This document shows positions 63,991-64,000 of a stretch of 64,000 nucleotides of DNA, piece by piece (the stretch's first letter is position 1; each line of letters opens with the position of its first letter). Under the pieces are notes generated by a model. The model worked only from the letters and a program-made list of their open reading frames with translations. It searched no databases and was not told the origin of the DNA. Source of the stretch: Vicugna vicugna (taxonomy: Eukaryota). The position numbers and the translations under genes were made by a program. Location of the stretch: positions 126,001-190,000 of the forward strand of contig MU058793.1 in assembly GCA_013265495.1 (NCBI GenBank). Direction: 5' to 3'.

Positions 63991-64000
63991 ATGCACCCCA

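Noticed and set aside
1..64000. tRNA, rRNA, snRNA, known miRNA, processed pseudogene, CpG-island promoter or prokaryotic system
   Set aside because: None recognised by eye; an Infernal/Rfam scan and BLASTX would be needed to exclude divergent copies.

Overview
Mammalian, AT-rich, repeat-dense non-coding DNA. The youngest L1 3' ends look camelid-like, and I saw no Alu, Bov-A/BovB, PRE1, Can-SINE or ERE SINEs. No recognisable protein-coding gene, RNA gene, CpG island or CRISPR array is present. The ORF track consists of decayed L1 ORF2 pieces, repeat-derived frames and chance ORFs. Much of the window is interspersed repeat (L1s of many ages, MIR, L2, L3/CR1, MaLR/ERV LTRs, hAT and Tigger fossils), with two deeply nested clusters at about 26.3-32.6 kb and 46.9-55.3 kb. 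Mostly + strand L1s, an excess of poly-A over poly-T runs, and two well-formed minus-strand exon candidates (11144-11209, 40983-41093) suggest an intron of a large minus-strand gene, which I cannot name. The most unusual structures are an L1 flanked by a ~90-bp duplication, a 5'-inverted (twin-primed) L1, a 32-bp micro-retroinsertion with a perfect 16-bp TSD, a ~160-bp imperfect palindrome made by inverted duplication of L1 sequence, and an unnamed solo LTR nested in MLT1A. I found no evidence for a new multi-gene system. Repeat family names come from recall of consensus sequences, and most boundaries are approximate.
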